Below, piece by piece: positions 60,911 through 64,000 of a DNA stretch of 64,000 nt. The stretch's first letter is position 1. Every line of letters begins with the position of its first letter. Origin of the DNA: Podarcis melisellensis (lineage: Eukaryota); the NCBI GenBank assembly GCA_964234715.1, contig OZ174276.1; one strand, 5' to 3'. The notes below the pieces were generated by a model. It was not told where the DNA came from. It did no database searches and saw only the letters and a list, made by a program, of their open reading frames with translations. The translations under genes were made by a program, and so were the position numbers.

Positions 60911-61058
60911 GCCTGGATAGCTCAGTTGGTTGAAGTGTGGTGCTGATAACACCAAGGTTGCAGGTTGAATCTCCATATGGGACAGTTGCATGTTCCTGCA
61001 TTGCAGGGGGTTGGACTAGATGATCCTCAGAGTCCCTTCCAACTCTGCAATTCTATGA
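60911..61058 (+). mobile_element. tRNA-Ile-headed SINE with CR1 3' tail
   Basis: tagctcagttggtt...gtggtgctgataacaccaaggttgcaggtt, then cctgcattgcagggggttggactagatg...cccttccaactctgcaattctatga. Confidence 0.78.
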
Positions 61059-64000
61059 AGTCCCTGTCCCCTGATTTAGATGCTTTTATTCTGCTTCTCC
61101 AGCTAAAAGCCATTAAAGCCAGGTTACAGTTTAGTTAATATTTGTTTACCGCTCCTGGCCTGGAAGTGAAAGTTCATTGAGCGACGCAGAATGAGGTGCC
61201 AATGTAAAAACTCCATACTCCTATTGTTTTAAAAGTCACCCTTGGGCTGGATCAGCTGCTGGATCAATGAGAGCTACATTTCCAATATTTGCTTAATTTC
61301 TGTTTGCGTCTGATTCTAGATGACTGCTCCAAAAGAGGGGAGAAGCTCCAACTTAGCAAGGACAGAATGAAGAGATGCACCACATCTAAGGGCCTCGTTT
61401 TAGAATGACTAGGGAACCTGTGGCCCTCCAAACATTTTTGAATTATGGCTCCTATCATCCCTGACCATTGGTCATGCTGGCTACGGCTGCTGGGAGCTGA
61501 AGTCCTGCAGCATCAGGAGGTCTGCAGACTCCCTAGCCTGGTTCTAGAAGAGGGAAAATCTTTCCCCTTCCTGTCTTGGATGCAGAAGAGGCTCCATGCT
61601 GCTCTTTCTCCATAGCCTGGCATTCTACCTGACAGTTTCATAAACCAGACTTCCTTCCATGCACTTGATGTCCAATCTCCTGGCAAGAGCAAGTGACACG
61701 GATGCCAGTGATGTGCAGGACATCTGACCTTCTCACACAACCTTGGGCAGACAGACCTCTTCTGTGGCCCTTGTGAAAGCCAAGAATGCAAGACTAGGTT
61801 GAGTGAAGAGGGCGGCCTAGTTATGCATTGAAGCCTCTGCAGACACTCCAGCCAGCATCCTCTGCGGCTCTTCAGTAAGAGGGAGAGCTGGGGAAATTGA
61901 AAGTGATCTCCCCAATCTGTATTAATTAGAGTCTATTAACTCATCAGAGCGCACACAGGCGGCTGCATGGGCCGCTTCTCCCATGAAGGGAGCTGCCACC
62001 ACCATCTATTGGCAGAGGGGGGAGCTGAGCTGGAAGGAGAGCACTCGTGGTCATGTTCAGGACAGGGCCTTGCTCTCAGCTAGAGGCAACCTGGACATAA
62101 AGCCCCTAGGTGGACTGCAGTGGGGTGGAGAGGAGCCTGACAGGTTTCATTGCCCTATTGCTGCCCACCTCCTGCCATTTGGCTGGTGGGGGAAATGAAT
62201 GATGAAAGCAATCTGTGTGTGCATAGTGTGTGTTTGAGAGAGAAACACAGCGAGGAGAAAAGGAAAGAGATGTGCAGAAGAATAGTAGGGTGGGAATGAC
62301 CTCAATAACAATGACAATAGTAGGGTGGAGGGTGCTGGTCCTCCAAATGCCACCTAGTTTTGCCCAGATGAGGGCAATACCTGAGGCATGAGAGAACATG
62401 GTAGCACTAGGACACATTTGGCCCTGGAGGAGGGGATGCAATGGAAATGTCTTGTACAAAAGAATGAGGCAGGTAGCTGAGGGCGGGGGGCGGGGCTCTA
62501 GATTGTGAGTGGCCTTGAGAAGTTTATGGTGTAAATCCACCAAGCATGTTACCAAGTAAGCACATATGTAGAGACCTGCTGGGTCTTGCCAATGGCCCAT
62601 CTAGTCCAGCATCCTAATGTCCCAGTGGCCAACAAGATGCCTGTGGGAAGCCTGTAAGCTGGGCTTGAGCAAAACAGCAACCCTCTCCCAGTTGTGATTC
62701 CCAGCTACTGCTGTTCAGAGCCCATGTCCAGTTTTATGTAGCCCTTGGATTTTTTAAATGAAGGATTTCAGGAACTGACACACAGCCAGAGTTATCCATC
62801 CTCCAATTTCCTTGGAGTCCTTCCCCATAGAGCTGAGCGCCTCACAGAAAGTACAAAACGCAAGGCCTTCCGAGCAGTTCAGGCCCTCCTTCCTCCTCCA
62901 GGCACGATGGCCCTTGAGAGCTGCTCACAAGGAGCTGGCAGAAAAGGAGAAGCCTCCCTGTAGGCCTGGTTCAGGCCCCTTACAGGTTCTGTGGTGCCTA
63001 GGGAAGAGCAGTTAGGGATTCAGTCTGCCCACAGGTAACCTCCAGGCAATAATAAGCCAGCAGGGCCACAGATGCAAGCCTGCCACCTAAAACAGAACCA
63101 ACCTGCTCAAAAATTGGGTAACAAAGCAGTCAGTCAGCTGATCTCATTTATCAGACTATTTTCTAATGGGAGAGGGGAGTCTTCAGCTCAGATCCTCCTA
63201 CAGCTTTTGTGTCATGCGCTAAGGAACAATTCTGTGCCACTCGAGAAGCTTGCGTGTGCATGTCCACAGAAACTGGGAGTGAGAACATCATAGCTGCCAT
63301 GCTGATTTAGACCAAAGGACCACCTAGGCCACTGGTGCTGCCACTAGGCCCTGGGGATAGCAAGATGGCCCTGGCAAAATTACAAGGAGGGTGTGAAGGA
63401 CACATTTAGTGCCAAGCACTGGTCACCAGGCGCACTGCATCTTAACCCTGGAGTTCTGTTTTTATTGCTCATGTCTAAAAGTCATGGCTGGGGCCCATGG
63501 ATTGGTCTAGCCCCCTTGAAACCGTGATATCAAGTTGCGATCACCCTATCTTGCAGAAATGGATTCCGCATGTTAATGGTGTGCTGCATGAAGCTTGCAC
63601 CTACTTAAACGCCAGCTCCCTTTTTCGCTACCCTCCGCCCCTTGAGCCAGTCAGGACTTCTTGGGGGGAACGTCTCCTTATCCCAAGTGTTCATGGCCAG
63701 CGAGATTGTGCTGCTTTCCAGCAGACTGAGAACAAAGGTTTGGTAATGGAGCTGTCAGCCTCCAGTGTTGTGTGTGGTAGTGAAGGAGAGCAGGCATGCG
63801 GCCCCATTAAAGGCGGTGGTAATTATGGTAACGAGGGGAGCATAAGTGTTCAATTTTCTCGATCAGACACTGTGCTGTCAGCACAAAGGCCTGCTTTGCT
63901 GCCCGTGCACTCTGTCCTCCTTTCACTCTTTCTCTCTCCCCCTCCCCGCCCACCATTTTCAATGCTTAAAATGCTGGCCCCTTGTCTCCTGGGTTGCCCG

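Overview
This is vertebrate non-coding DNA, almost certainly from a lacertid lizard (Podarcis/Lacerta-like), judged from Sauria (Squam1) SINEs, Squam3-like CORE-SINEs, L2/CR1 LINE fragments and hAT/Tc-mariner MITEs. I could not support any host protein-coding exon. The window looks like a gene desert or large intron, with two orphan CpG islands (~33.7-35.3 kb, ~47.7-48.8 kb) and many homeobox-motif-rich, enhancer-like blocks. The left edge holds the 5' part of an apparently intact Ty1/copia retrotransposon on the minus strand: 5' LTR 1700-2177, tRNA-iMet PBS, and an open gag-protease frame running off the window. The top finding is two diverged LTR-like elements (28333-28967, ~35928-36528) that both carry a decayed ORF starting at nucleotide 5 of the LTR. 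The reconstructed ~140-aa protein is Trp-rich and acidic and ends in SPR...RRSLRLLGK; in conserved blocks many differences between the copies are synonymous. Other findings: a bipartite tRNA-iMet primer-binding site, one CR1 3' tail carrying three different tRNA heads, a Tc2/pogo MITE filled with long perfect GC-rich hairpins, and an X-box/RE1 motif cluster. All calls are by eye; family names come from recall, not database searches.
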